In this document: positions 50,426-64,000 of the stretch, piece after piece
Position numbering within the stretch: position 1 is the first letter of the stretch
Layout: each line of letters starts with the position of its first letter
DNA from: Octopus sinensis
Lineage: Eukaryota
Length of the DNA stretch: 64,000 bases
Assembly (NCBI RefSeq): GCF_006345805.1
Contig: NC_043009.1
Coordinates: 27,342,001 to 27,406,000, forward strand
Direction: 5' to 3'
Made by a program: the position numbers and the translations under genes
Notes under the pieces: generated by a model
The model's database searches: none
What the model saw: the letters and a program-made list of their open reading frames with translations, nothing else
What the model was told of the DNA's origin: nothing

Positions 50426-52033
50426 AATAAAATATTAAACAAATTAAGAAAATATGTTCCTAATATGAAAAATTCTAAAACAGCAAACAAGTTGCTAAAT
50501 ATATTAATTTTTTTATTTTTCTAATAAGCTTGAAAACATGAAGTTGAGTGTATATATTTGTATATGTATGCTTGTGTAAGAATGTATGTGTATATATTTA
50601 CATATATACATATATATATGTGTATGTATGTGTGTGTATATATATATACACACAAACATTTATTTATATTTATATATATATATAAGTGTATATATATGCA
50701 CATAAATACATTATATATATACAGATATATATTTATACATATTTGCATGTATATATATATACATATATATATATGTGAATGTGGATATGTAAATGTGTTA
50801 GCTTTTGCATCTTGTATGTATATATGTATATATAAAAGTATGTATGTGTGGATGTATGTATATGTGCATATATATATGTTTGTATGTATAGCCCAGTTAA
50901 TTTTTTTTAAAGTGTTGTGCGAAATTATAGTACAATATTTTGACATTAATCTGTAGGAGATAGATAACAGTAAAGATTATTTCAGATTACATGAATAAAA
51001 ATAAAATTTCAATAAATTTTGTAATAAATCCTCAGAAGTCTGAAAACCTATATGAACTGTATATGGGGAAGATAACAGGAAATTTTATATGAAAACTAAA
51101 ATTGTTAGAAATATGTTATATAACCAAATTGATTTTGATCAGGAACCTTGGAAATTTTTAATTAATCTGTATTTAGTTTTATGTAAGTATAAATATGAAG
51201 GTTAGACAGTATTTCATATATATCTATATACAAATTGGATATACTTGAAAAAGAAAAACAAAAAGCATTGCTCCAGCATGTCTATAGTTTTCATCACACA
51301 AACAAGAGTAAATAACTGAAGGAGATATTTGCATTTGTATATATTTGACCTTAATTTATAAAGAGTTATCAAGTCCTGAGTACATATTAATTAAACAAAT
51401 ATTCATTTATCAAGGGAGGTAATGAATTAATAAATTATCTATCTATCTTTCTATGCATGCATATATATATATATATTATATATATTATATATATATATAT
51501 ATATATAATATAATATAATAACACACATATTAGAAGGTTTCTTGCTGAGAGAAAGATTAGTATGTCTTCAACCAGAATCCATCAATTTAACTGAAAAGTA
51601 TGTGCTTTATAGTTTGGAATCTCATTGAAAACAAGATGCTCATTTTTGTCAGCATGAAACCTCTGGTATCAGACAAGCAGCAAAAATCAGAAATTTTATT
51701 TAAAGGAACCTTTCATCAACATTTCTGGTGTTGAATAATTAGTCTTCTAGTTCATTACTAAAGTGTGTATATGAGCATGAGCATGTGTGTGTACATGTGA
51801 GTGCGTGCATATATATATATATATATATATATGCATGTGTAAATGCATATATATTTGTATATATGCATGTGAGTTTATATATTTGCACATTTATCTATTA
51901 TATACATGTATAAACAAATATATATATATGCATATATATTCACACACATGCATGCACACACGTTTCCTTCAGACTGATTCAAATGGCTGTGACTGAAGTT
52001 TCTCACTGGCAGAGGCTTCACAGACTCTGCATG

Positions 52034-52086
<53 letters not shown>

Positions 52087-52208
52087 TACATATATATATA
52101 TATATAAATACACACACACTCACACATATATATATGTGTATATATAACATACACATATATATATGTATGTGTATATATATACATATAGATATATATATGT
52201 ATATATAA

Positions 52209-52239
<31 letters not shown>

Positions 52240-52755
52240 CATATATGCATATATATACATATATATATATGCATATATACATATATATATGTATATACAT
52301 ATATATACACACATATGCATATTTATATATATATACATACACACAGACATATATATATATGCATATATATGTATATACCTATAACCCTCACCATGTCAAT
52401 TTCCATGCTTGTATGGGTTGGGTGGAATATCTTGAGGCAGATTTTCTATGGCTGGATGCTCTTCCTGTCACCAACCCCCACCTGTTTCCAAGTAAAGAAT
52501 ATATATACCTATATATATATATATACATATACATACATATGTATGTGTGCATATGTGTAAATATATATAAATGTTTGTTTTTATGCCATGTTATATACGA
52601 AAACAATTTAACATTAATCAGAAGGATTACTCCATACTTTTTACTTCTCTACATATTTCTTGACTGTGACTCCCAAATATGAGCTTACTTGCCAGACTGA
52701 TGAAGTTGAGCAAGCCAAAACTTTGTCATCACTATCAACGTTTACCTTCTAAAAG

Positions 52756-52812
<57 letters not shown>

Positions 52813-52982
52813 GTATGTATGTATGTATCTATGTATATATATAATGCAAATTTACCTAAAAAATACCAAGCTGAAACAGCTATAAATGCTATTTTACTAC
52901 AATTAAACTATGACCATTTAATACCAATGATCAACTTCTAATGTTAATTGTTGCTCCATTTTTCTTTCTTATTTGAAGATAT

Positions 52983-53017
<35 letters not shown>

Positions 53018-53433
53018 TATACATATATACATGTTTTGCTAATGTCTATATTTATACAACTTTGTCTAAAATATATTGAGAAGGTACTGGTTGCTGTGCT
53101 AAACAAACTCACAATCATCCAATCATTATATGAATTTAGTTAACAGAGAACAAATATGCCTGTATTGGTGTTGTTTAGAACAACACAGATATATGACTGC
53201 ATTTTGCATGATTCATTTTGCAGTGTAAGTTCCTTACCTTATTACTTATGTGTGCAAAACAGTATTTTTTCAGGGTGGCAATTTTTTTCTTATTGTCTTA
53301 GTGAGGTTCTCAACTTTGCTTTGCTGCTAACTTTGATTTCACATTCATTAAGTTGGAAATTTATGTCAATTACTTTCATGGATATACACATATATTCTAT
53401 ATAGATATGTGTATATACACATACACACATATT

Positions 53434-53490
<57 letters not shown>

Positions 53491-53522
53491 ATATATATAT
53501 ATATATGTATGTATGTATATAA

Positions 53523-53554
<32 letters not shown>

Positions 53555-53983
53555 GTATGTATGAATTAAAATAGAATGAAAATATTTTTGAATGGAGAAT
53601 CTAAAAGCTATAAATAATAATATGTAGAATATTGGGTTTTAAAACCTTACCCAAATATGCTTTTAATTATAGCTTTATCTACTTCGAACCTCAACATTAG
53701 AAGAAACAATTTAATTTACATTTCTTGAAGTGTCTAAACTCTGTTAACGTAAAGAGACAGACAGACACACATGCACACATGAATATATGTACACATATAA
53801 ACATCTATGTCTGTATGCATCTGTGTCAGTGAGTGTGTGTGTGTGGATGCATAGGGAGGGAAGCTAGTGAGAGGAATGAAGTTACTGTGATCAGTACTAT
53901 TACAATGTCTCAAAATTTGAAATTTAATAACAACCTATTTTAAATGTATCCTCATGCATTTACATAAATATAACAGATACTAA

Positions 53984-54015
<32 letters not shown>

Positions 54016-54064
54016 CATACACACAATATATTCATATATATGTAGTACATGCACAAATACGTAT

Positions 54065-54099
<35 letters not shown>

Positions 54100-54125
54100 G
54101 ATATATATATATACATACATATATA

Positions 54126-54172
<47 letters not shown>

Positions 54173-54195
54173 ACATCTATATATATATATATATA

Positions 54196-54249
<54 letters not shown>

Positions 54250-54253
54250 TACA

Positions 54254-54293
<40 letters not shown>

Positions 54294-54629
54294 CATATAC
54301 ACACATACGTATACATATATTAACAACTACATATAACCTACATATATAATTGATTGCCTGTCACTTTGAATACTCGTATGCTAGCATCATTCTTCTGATC
54401 TGACAACTCTGATAAAGAATAATAAAATGTCAATGTTTTCTTATAACATGTGTTTATATATACATATACATCTATGAATATATATTCATATTATTATATA
54501 TATGTGCATGTATGTGTGTGTGTGTGTGTGTGTATTTATATGTATGTATATAAAGAGAGAGAGAGAGAAACAAAGAGAAATCTATCTCAGTTATTATCAT
54601 AACAGTTAATTTAGCACTATATATCTGTA

Positions 54630-54723
<94 letters not shown>

Positions 54724-54997
54724 AAGAAACAGGTTGAGAATTTGTAAATGCCTTCTACATATATGTAGCCCTGTGAGCAAAGCAAGATTGATTATTAATA
54801 TTTACTGAAGTGCTGCAATATTTTCTCATAAATTTTAAGTCATAACTACTGAAAAATTTGGGATAAAATATGTAATTCTGGACACTTTAAACTGGAAAGG
54901 AGTTATTCAGCCAACCATTTGAATAATGTATGCATCAATTATATAACATATAGAAAAATATTGGTTTTTATAATGTGGTCGCGTGTTCTTATTCTAG

Positions 54998-55092
54998 GAA
55001 AGTTATATCACTTGGTTTTAATTGACAGAGTCAAAGAACCTGAGACTAAAGGGACAGAAACCAAATCTAAAACTTGGCATTCTTCTGTCTGA
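54998..55092 (+). CDS. Candidate terminal exon (GKLYHLVLIDRVKEPETKGTETKSKTWHSSV*)
   Basis: gtgttcttattctAG acceptor, phase 1 compatible with the 45520 donor, open to TGA, AATAAA at ~55135. Confidence 0.28.
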
Positions 55093-55914
55093 TCTAGTAC
55101 ATGGCATACTGTAGCATTCAGTGTTTGGTGGCACAATAAAAACACCAAGCATATGATGTACAGTTCAGTCTCTAGTTTTATGTTCAAAGAAGACATAAGT
55201 ACATTACATATTGATTATAGAAATCAGAGATATTCTGAATAGAATTGATATTGTAGTTCTGCGTGCATTGGTCCTTGTTAGCTAACAGTGCTTAGTACAT
55301 GCCCTGGCAAGCTAACAATGCTTAGCAATAAGTTTCATGCATGCCGTCACCTTAATAGTAATGAAAATTTATAATGTTTTTAAAAGTAATGTTGTAATGT
55401 ATTCACTGAAGATAACAACTTTTAATTTTGTGTTTAAATTAGGCCAACTTGAAATAAAGGAACATCTACATTATAGTAATGATGAATGAGATGAAAGACC
55501 ATGTTAGAAAATGATATCACTTTACAGTATGAAAATTTATCTTTGAAGAATATTTTTGAGATCAAAGCTAATCCATTTGATAATATGATTTTCTGATGAG
55601 AGATTGATATGTTTAAAGCAAAATAATTCTATAATATTGTTTTCTAAGTAATTGGCAGGAAAGGCAAGAATTCTCTTAGTTTAATGTACATTTTTTTTTA
55701 GGAACATTTCTTTTAATTATATCTAAAAAATATACTCTTTCCATCAAACAATTTTCTAAGTAACCATAAATCCAATAACAACAACAATGATATTAATAAT
55801 AACGATAATGATGATGATAATAATGATAATACTATTAATAATAATAAGAATATCAATAATAATAATAGTAATGATGATGATGATGATGATGATAATAATA
55901 ATAAAGATAATAAT

Positions 55915-56120
55915 AATTCCTAAATTTGGCACTAGGCCAGCAGTTATGAATGGAGAGGAGAATCAATTTCATCAACTCCAGTACTTGATGAGTACTTATC
56001 TTATTGACTATGGAAAGAGGAAAGGCAAAGTCCACCTCAGCAGAATTTGAACTCAGAACATATAGACAGATGAAATGCTGCTTAACATTGGGTCTGGCAT
56101 GTTACCATTTCTGCTAGCTT
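55915..56120 (-). mobile_element. SINE family A copy with near-complete CpG decay
   Basis: AAAGTCCACCTCAGCAGAATTTGAACTCAGAACATA versus AAAGTCGACCTCGGCAAAATTTGAACTCAGAACGTA at ~15193. Confidence 0.8.
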
Positions 56121-57143
56121 GCTGTCTGATAATAACAATAAAAATAATTCTTTTCTACTCTAGGCACAAGGCCTGAAATTTTATTTTACCATCCTTGGAA
56201 CAATGAAAGACAAATTAACCACAATTGGATTTGAACTCAAAATGTAAATGGTCTTAATTGAATGCTGTAAAGAATTTTGTTCCAGGTTCCAGTGATTCTA
56301 CCAATCATCTGATTAAATGTAACAAATATAATTATAATATTTCTTAACCAAAATATAAGCTCCACAAATTTACAACTAAGAGTTTGTATTGATTTTAACC
56401 AAACAATAATTTTTTTCCAGCAATTATTTTATTGCCCTCAGAAGTATGAAAGTAAAGCTGACCTTAGTAGGATATGAACTCAGAACTTAAAGAATTGGAA
56501 GAAATATTACAAAGTGTTTTATCCAATAGTCTAATGATTGTGATGATCCACAGCTCTAACAATAAAATTATATAAAAACTATCACAAGTCATTTCAAAGA
56601 AACCATATGGTTCGTTAGCATTTTTGGCAGTTATGTGTTTGCAATGTGTATTCACTATAAGCATTACTCAATCATACCAATGCATACTTACAAACATATA
56701 TGTATGTATGTATGAATGTACATGCACTTTTTAAAGAAAGAATTGGACCCTTTTTTAAAAAAAAGGGAAATTATAGTTTTGGGGTAAGTTTTTTTTTATT
56801 TAAACAAAACAACATGCTATCCCCACCTTTTTCCGTCATTACGCTAAACCACAGGGCCTGAATCTTAAAGCAAAACAATATAAGTATATACAATAAACTA
56901 GGCAAAAATAAAGATCTTTCTGAACTGAACGAAAAATTTACGAAGAATATTTTAAATCCTTGCCTTAGTAAGATTCCTGTTAAATACAAGAGGTACCTTT
57001 AAATTTCTGTCAAATTATTATGTGGATTATACAAGGTAACTTCAAGGTTTATCTAGCTATTTCGATATTTACATTTATATTTCCTTTTAATGGCGTGTGT
57101 GTATGTATATATGTATATATATGTATACATATACATGCATATT

Positions 57144-57182
<39 letters not shown>

Positions 57183-59343
57183 ATACATACATATTTATGT
57201 GTGTGTGTATGTATGTGTACATGTGTATGTATGTATATGTATATATATATATGTGTGTATATATGTATGTATATGTTTACACACACACACACACATATAT
57301 ATATATACGCATACATATACATGCATACATACATACATACATATATATGTTTCCAATATAGAAACCTATCTGGACTCGATTATACTATCTACATACATAT
57401 ATATATATATATACATATATACACACACACATATAGCTTTATCATTATTCTTCTTATTTACAGAATGGTAAACTAAAAAATATGTCCAGTGATGATATGT
57501 TATGTAATAATCTGAAATAATCGTCTGTCTGTCTCCAAGCAACTCATTATATTATTATTATTTTTTATTTTTTCAATATAACAAACAATTCATTTATTGA
57601 TATCCTCAGTCCAGTCATAAAATTCTGTCTCTCAGAAAAAAAAAAAAGGAAAAAAGTCTCAAAGAAAAAAAATTATAATAATTTGTTGGAAATATTCTCT
57701 GGCATTATTTTGATTTTTTTTTTTCAATTCTGATAATTTTAAAATATTTTCTTCCTTCATCTTTTTCTTCACTTTCTCCTTGTTATTATAATTTATTTTT
57801 TGTTGTTCATTTTTTTTCGTTAAGCTTTCATTTATATGTACCGTTGTTATTTAAAATTTTTTTTTACATTTAATTTTTTTTTTTTTTTGACAAATCATCT
57901 TTCATCGATCGTCTCTGTTGGGTTTTTTTTTGTTTTTGTTGCTACAAATAAAGCCGAATCCCAAGAATACATAGCAGAAAACTGATAGATAATTCAAAAC
58001 AGATGATTCAACAACCACCTGACCCCTGTAAAAAAAAAAAAAGGAAGAAAACCCCAGGTCCAGATCCATGAATTAACAACCAACATTAACTGATTGTTCT
58101 TTTATTATTATTATTATGTATGGTTTGTATTTATTTAATTTCTTGTGTGTGAGTATGCTTTTTTTTCCTTCTGCAAGTGCCAATATCAAGAACATATCAC
58201 AGTTTCACATCCTCATTGAAGATAGAAGAAAAATAAAAGAAGGAGTGGCAGGAATGAGGAAAATCTGTTAAGTGTTTCTTTGGAATAGGCACAAAATACT
58301 TGGGTGACCCCTTCCCCCTTCAAAAGAAACAGAAAAAGAAAGTTTCATGAGCACACTTACACATATACACATATACACATATGCACACAGACATGCACAC
58401 ACACATGCATAAACAACACATGTACATGCATGTACACACTCATATATATGTACACACAAAATGCATGCACAGCAATTTGCCTTCATTTCTAATTCCCAGT
58501 TAGAAATATCTTCGTTTATATATTTTGTCTATTATATATCTCGTGTGTACTAATGTGCATATGCAAATGTATGTATGTGTATGTATATGTGAATGTGTAT
58601 GTGTGCATGTGTGCATAAGAATGTGCTGGTGTGTGTATGTGCATGTGTGTTTAAGCAATGCATATGTATATGTGTATTTATAATTGTATATGTCAGTGTG
58701 TATGTATATATGCAAGTAGATGCATACAGGCATGTATATATATATAAGTGTCTGTGTTAATGAGAATGTGTATGCATGCATATGTTGGTCTGTATGTATG
58801 TATATGTGATACTGTAAGCGTGCAACTGCATGTGTGGGTATTACCATGTTCATCCTTTGATGGACACTGCATAAACTATCAATAATTAGCACTAATTAAA
58901 CACTAATGAATTATATTTTTTGTATCATTTCTTTTGTTTCCATGACTTCCATATATGTGATAATTGCATCAAAGTTAAGCAATATTTTAAGTGCACTTGC
59001 ACTCTAACATACACACACACAAATACACATATGCACTCACACACACAAATATTCACACATGTGTATATTAATTATACTTAGTAAAATGAATCCAATTGCA
59101 GTGCATACATTCTGCTGCACTTATGCATTTTGACCTGCCCATATGTGTGCATTATAAGCAAACACACACACATACATACACATATACGAACATATATATA
59201 CACATACTCACACACACACACATATATATGTATATATATATATATATATATAAATATATATAAGTACATATATATATATATGCATATATATATATATATA
59301 TATATACATATATACATATCAATAGGCATATTTGTATATGTAC

Positions 59344-59522
<179 letters not shown>

Positions 59523-59643
59523 TATGTATATACATATACATATATATATATACATATTTATATATATATATACATACACATACATATATATACATACACA
59601 TACATATATATATACATATATATATACATACACATATATACAT

Positions 59644-59719
<76 letters not shown>

Positions 59720-60756
59720 ACATTCACATACTCAAATACTCAATAGGCATTTAAAATTATAACATTCACTTTAGTGAACATCATTTCTTGGAAATGTTTC
59801 CCATTCAGTTATTTAAGTGGTTACCAGTGACTTTTAAACCAACAAACATAACCATTTCTAGCATGCTATATGGAACTGAAACACTTATTTCAACATTGCT
59901 ATCAATAATTAAAAAAAAAAAGGAAAACAATTGCCATATATATTCATTTTTTTCTTAATGATTTTTTTGCTTAAATTTTCCCTCTCATTTGTTGTCCTTG
60001 TATTATATATATATATTTTTTTAATAATTTGGTTTGTATTTGTCAGTATGTACATATATAAGCATATATGTATATACCTATGTAGAAAATATAAAAACGT
60101 GGCAAAATTAATTATTTCTCCATAGATTGAAAAAAAAAAATATGACAAGAAGCCTTATTTGATTTTTGAATGTTATTGGGGTATCATTAAAAGTGTATCT
60201 ATCAGTTGATCAATCTCAGAGAAACAAGTAGCCATACTGTTTCTATACAAAACAAATCCAGTAGCTTCAGAAAATAGTAAAACTGCTAATTTGCATACTA
60301 GAAGTATTTAACCTATAGGTATAAATATATGCATATATGCATGCATGTATGTATGTATGTGTGTATGTATGCATGTATGTATGTATGTATGTATGTATGT
60401 ATGTATGTATGTATGTATGTATGTATGTATGTATGTATGTATATGTGTACACACGTATGTAAGTATGTATGGACATATTTATGCATGTAAGTATGTATGT
60501 ATGTAGGTATAGTACTCTGCATTAAAAATTATAATGATGAAGAAAAAAAACATGACATAATATGAAGCTGATGGAAGCAAACCAGTAGCTTAGTGCATCA
60601 TAACACAACCCTTTGCACACAGAATTTGATGAGGGGCTGGGGGTTGGGCATAAATCTAGTTATTGACTAAAGAATTTTTTTAAACATTTATGTTTTTTTC
60701 CTTTTTTTTTGGCACACCATATGGAAATAATACTCTCATAGTCTTTAATACTATTC

Positions 60757-60813
<57 letters not shown>

Positions 60814-60854
60814 GTAATAGTAATAATAATAGTAGTAATAATAGTAATGATTTC

Positions 60855-61059
60855 AAATTTTGGCACAAGGCCAGCAATTCCAGGTGAGAGGTAAGTTGAT
60901 TACATCAACCCCAGTGTTAAACTGGTACTTGTTTTATCAACCCTGAAAGTTTGAATGGCAAAGTCGACCTCAGCGGAATTTGAACTCAGAATGTAAAGAT
61001 GGGCGAAATACTGCTCAGCATTTTGCCCGGTGTGCTAATGATTCTGCCAGCTCACCGCC

Positions 61060-61060
<1 letters not shown>
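60855..61060 (-). mobile_element. SINE family A copy flanked by (AAT)n
   Basis: Core and tail B similarity. Confidence 0.8.
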
Positions 61061-61111
<51 letters not shown>

Positions 61112-61230
61112 TAATAATAAAAGTCGTTCTTTCTAGTTCCATTCAGTAGTTTTTTAAGTATTAATATATATAGTTGTTTGTGTTAGTGTGTGTGTATGCA
61201 TGTATATATTTGTTTCATATTATTATGTAA

Positions 61231-61262
<32 letters not shown>

Positions 61263-61309
61263 ATTTACAACTATATATATGTGTGTGTGTATATATATAT
61301 GTGTGCATG

Positions 61310-61345
<36 letters not shown>

Positions 61346-61371
61346 CATATATACATACATATATACATACA

Positions 61372-61425
<54 letters not shown>

Positions 61426-62281
61426 CATACATAAGCCTATGTTTTGAAAGATTTTGGGAGGGAGGTGTGGGGGCATGTGTAGTCAGTATGTTGGTGATTA
61501 ATTAATTCAAGCTTATTACAGATTTTTTCACTTTTGTTTTTGCATTTTGTGAAAAAATATAATTATTACTATAGCCACCATTATTATTATTATTATTATT
61601 ATTAATATCATCATTAATATCATCATTGTTATCATTATTATCATTATCATCATTATCACCATCATCAGCATCATCAACATCATCATCATCATCATTATCA
61701 TCAATCATTATCATCACTATCAGTCCCAGCATGTTTGGCATAATTCTCAAACATTAATGAGTGATATTGTTATATGTCTCATAGCAAAAAGTCCATTCTT
61801 CTAGTGAGAGAGAAAGAGAGAGAGAGAGAGAGGGGGAAAGGAGGAGATGGAGAAAGAGAGGGAAATGTGAGAGTGAAAGAGAGTGAGAGAGAAGAGAGAC
61901 AATTGAAGTGGAAAGAAGAAAGATGGGAGAGATTAAAAAGAAAGTGAATGGGGGTGAGGGGAGCAATGTTTTTTTTTTTTCTTTTTAACCAGAGGTCTGT
62001 TTTATGTTCAGGCTTTGAAATGTGACTTATTTTGGCATTATTTCAAAACAATGTCCAAAACGATTCCTTGTTTTTTGTTTGTGTGTGTGTGTTTCTTTTC
62101 TTTCTTTTTTTTTGGACTTTTCCAAATAATTGCAGTTACTTTTAAAATCTTTATCATTTTGACAAAGAATTTAAAATTTCTTAATTTTATTATTTTTTTT
62201 TTCTGTAGTTTAATGGTTTACCATTTTTTTTTGTTAGATAATTTGTTTTTTAGTTTGTTTATTAGTTTTTTTTTTCATAAT

Positions 62282-62739
62282 TTAGACAATGACATCTTTT
62301 AAAATATATTTTTGTATTTGTGATCCACTGTCTGGGTGGTGTAAAACATAGCTATCTGATGCCATGCTGTCACTGTCCGAAGCAGGTAACATGGCTGCTG
62401 ATATGTCATTGTATGGATACTCTTTGCAGTTTTCTGTTAATGTATAACGCAAACCTGTCAAATTTGTAGCCCGGGGTACAGTAGCTGGACCTCCATAAGG
62501 AGAGTCAAGAGAATTGGAGACACAGTATTTAAAAGTGGGCCGTTTTGGCGGAGGAGTCTTGGCGCTGAGTTTATCAGATTCAGTTGAAGAAGTATTTGAT
62601 AAAATGTCACCATTGAGTGTTTTGGGACAATGATTGGGTCGAAACGTACGTAGGTTTGGAACCCTTCTCACTTCCCCAGGGTTATCCCCATTTTCTTCAT
62701 CAAAGGAAGCTTCTGTTGGCACGTGGGTTCCTTTTAAAT
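62282..62739 (-). CDS. Probable terminal coding exon of an unidentified minus-strand gene; S/P/T-rich tail ending KDVIV*
   Basis: Strong acceptor (ttttttattttttttttccAG, intron ends at 62740), phase 1, then 151 open codons of non-repetitive, higher-GC sequence to TAA. Upstream exons are presumably to the right or outside the window. Confidence 0.75.
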
Positions 62740-64000
62740 CTGGAAAAAAAAAATAAAAAAGTTTTAAACCTATATTAGCCTTTTATTTATTTTATTTTAT
62801 ATATATTTTTTTTTGTTACGAAATAACCGTTGAGATAATCTAACTTGTGGAAATTCAGTTTGGAAGGACTACTATTACTACTACTACTACTACTACTACT
62901 ACTGAATGCAAAACCAAATGGACATGCAAGGGGCTCTGACTTTTGTTGCCCATGGCCCTACACCTCAACAATGCAACCAGTAAACTTATGAAAGGCCATC
63001 CTAAAACAAACCACCATCTTTATCTGTTCACTTCAGAAATTCTTACTCACCACCAAAAGAAAGAAAAAACATTGAATAACTCATGCAGAAAAATTAGCAG
63101 TAGCACCATTATTCCTCATTAGCCCAAAATACTGTGTTGCACAGACTGTTCATCATTATCATAAAGATAGACGAACAATGTATGTTGCACCCTTCCTCCA
63201 TTTGAGGTCTTTTCGTTTACTCTCCACCCCAACATCCACTGGGCATCTCCCCATCATCACCACCACCACCACCACCACCACCACCAGTACACTTGGGCAT
63301 ACAATAAATGATTAAATAAATAGATAAGTTGGATACCTGATAAAATACATGCAACATGTCTGGATCACCACAGCATATCCCACCTCCATGCAGAGGTGGG
63401 GGCACACACATACACACACACAAACACACACACACACACAAGCACACACACACTCTGATGTGGTGTCCTCATAAGGGTTGGAGGCCAAAGTTAGTATATC
63501 AAGAGAATAATAGACATGTGGGTCTCATCTTACTACTACTACTACAACAACAACTACTACTACTACTACTAATATAGTAACTTGTTAATTTTTAAAAAAT
63601 TTTATTTTATTTTTTTTCTATGTAATACAGAAAACAGCATCATCAACAAGAGAAGGAGTTGTGGAAAGAGTACAAATGACAGTGAGTCAAGCTAATTCAT
63701 TACCATTTGATTAATAATATGATTATAATTAATGATGATGACTGGTACATTTCTATAAGCCATTAATTGTTCTGTTTGCTATCTCTCTCTCTCTATGTAT
63801 CTATCTACCCTCTCTCTCTGTTTTCTCTTCTAATTCCATATTTTACCATTTTTGAGAATACTGCATGATACTAGTAATACATTAGCATTAAGGGCTCAAT
63901 TCCTGATCCCCTGCCCCATAAATAATTGTGTTTTGTGTCTCATCAGCAGAAACTAACATTGGTTTCAAATTGTGGCACAAGGCCAGCAATTTTATGGGAG

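Noticed and set aside
63051-63096. Strong minus-strand donor GTGAGT at 63050 as the exon preceding 62739
   Set aside because: There is an in-frame TAA 45 nt upstream and no convincing acceptor.

Overview
Animal (eukaryotic) genomic DNA that is very AT-rich and rich in microsatellites. The SINE families and repeat load suggest an octopus/coleoid cephalopod (inference, not verified). Left half: the last exon of one SLC22-family (organic ion transporter, MFS) gene (3..107), followed by a near-complete tandem paralog. That paralog has 8 spliceable in-frame coding exons (11495..29922, + strand) plus a probable small ATG exon (9012..9066), giving about 553 aa. Its introns and flanks are full of TE relics: two tRNA-derived SINE families, mariner, Penelope-like, RTE, R4/Dong, an RLE/CRE-like LINE, a MULE with 9-bp TSD, a hAT with 8-bp TSD, a piggyBac-type MITE and fold-back hairpins. 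An 8.5-kb degenerate (CATA)n array occupies 30945..39402. Right part: an orphan minus-strand ORF beside the hAT insertion, a putative divergent promoter at ~44.5 kb, a CpG-depleted ~45-56.5 kb domain with unresolved candidate exons, and a probable terminal coding exon of an unidentified minus-strand gene (62282..62739). The most unusual items are Penelope-type minimal hammerhead-ribozyme motifs (one on a tRNA-headed SINE with an inverted head, two in a tandem dimer), a 1.15-kb templated insertion that splits a LINE endonuclease domain, and a CpG-decay boundary readable in sibling SINE copies. Almost all long ORFs in the supplied track are microsatellite artefacts. No CRISPR, rRNA or true tRNA gene is supported.
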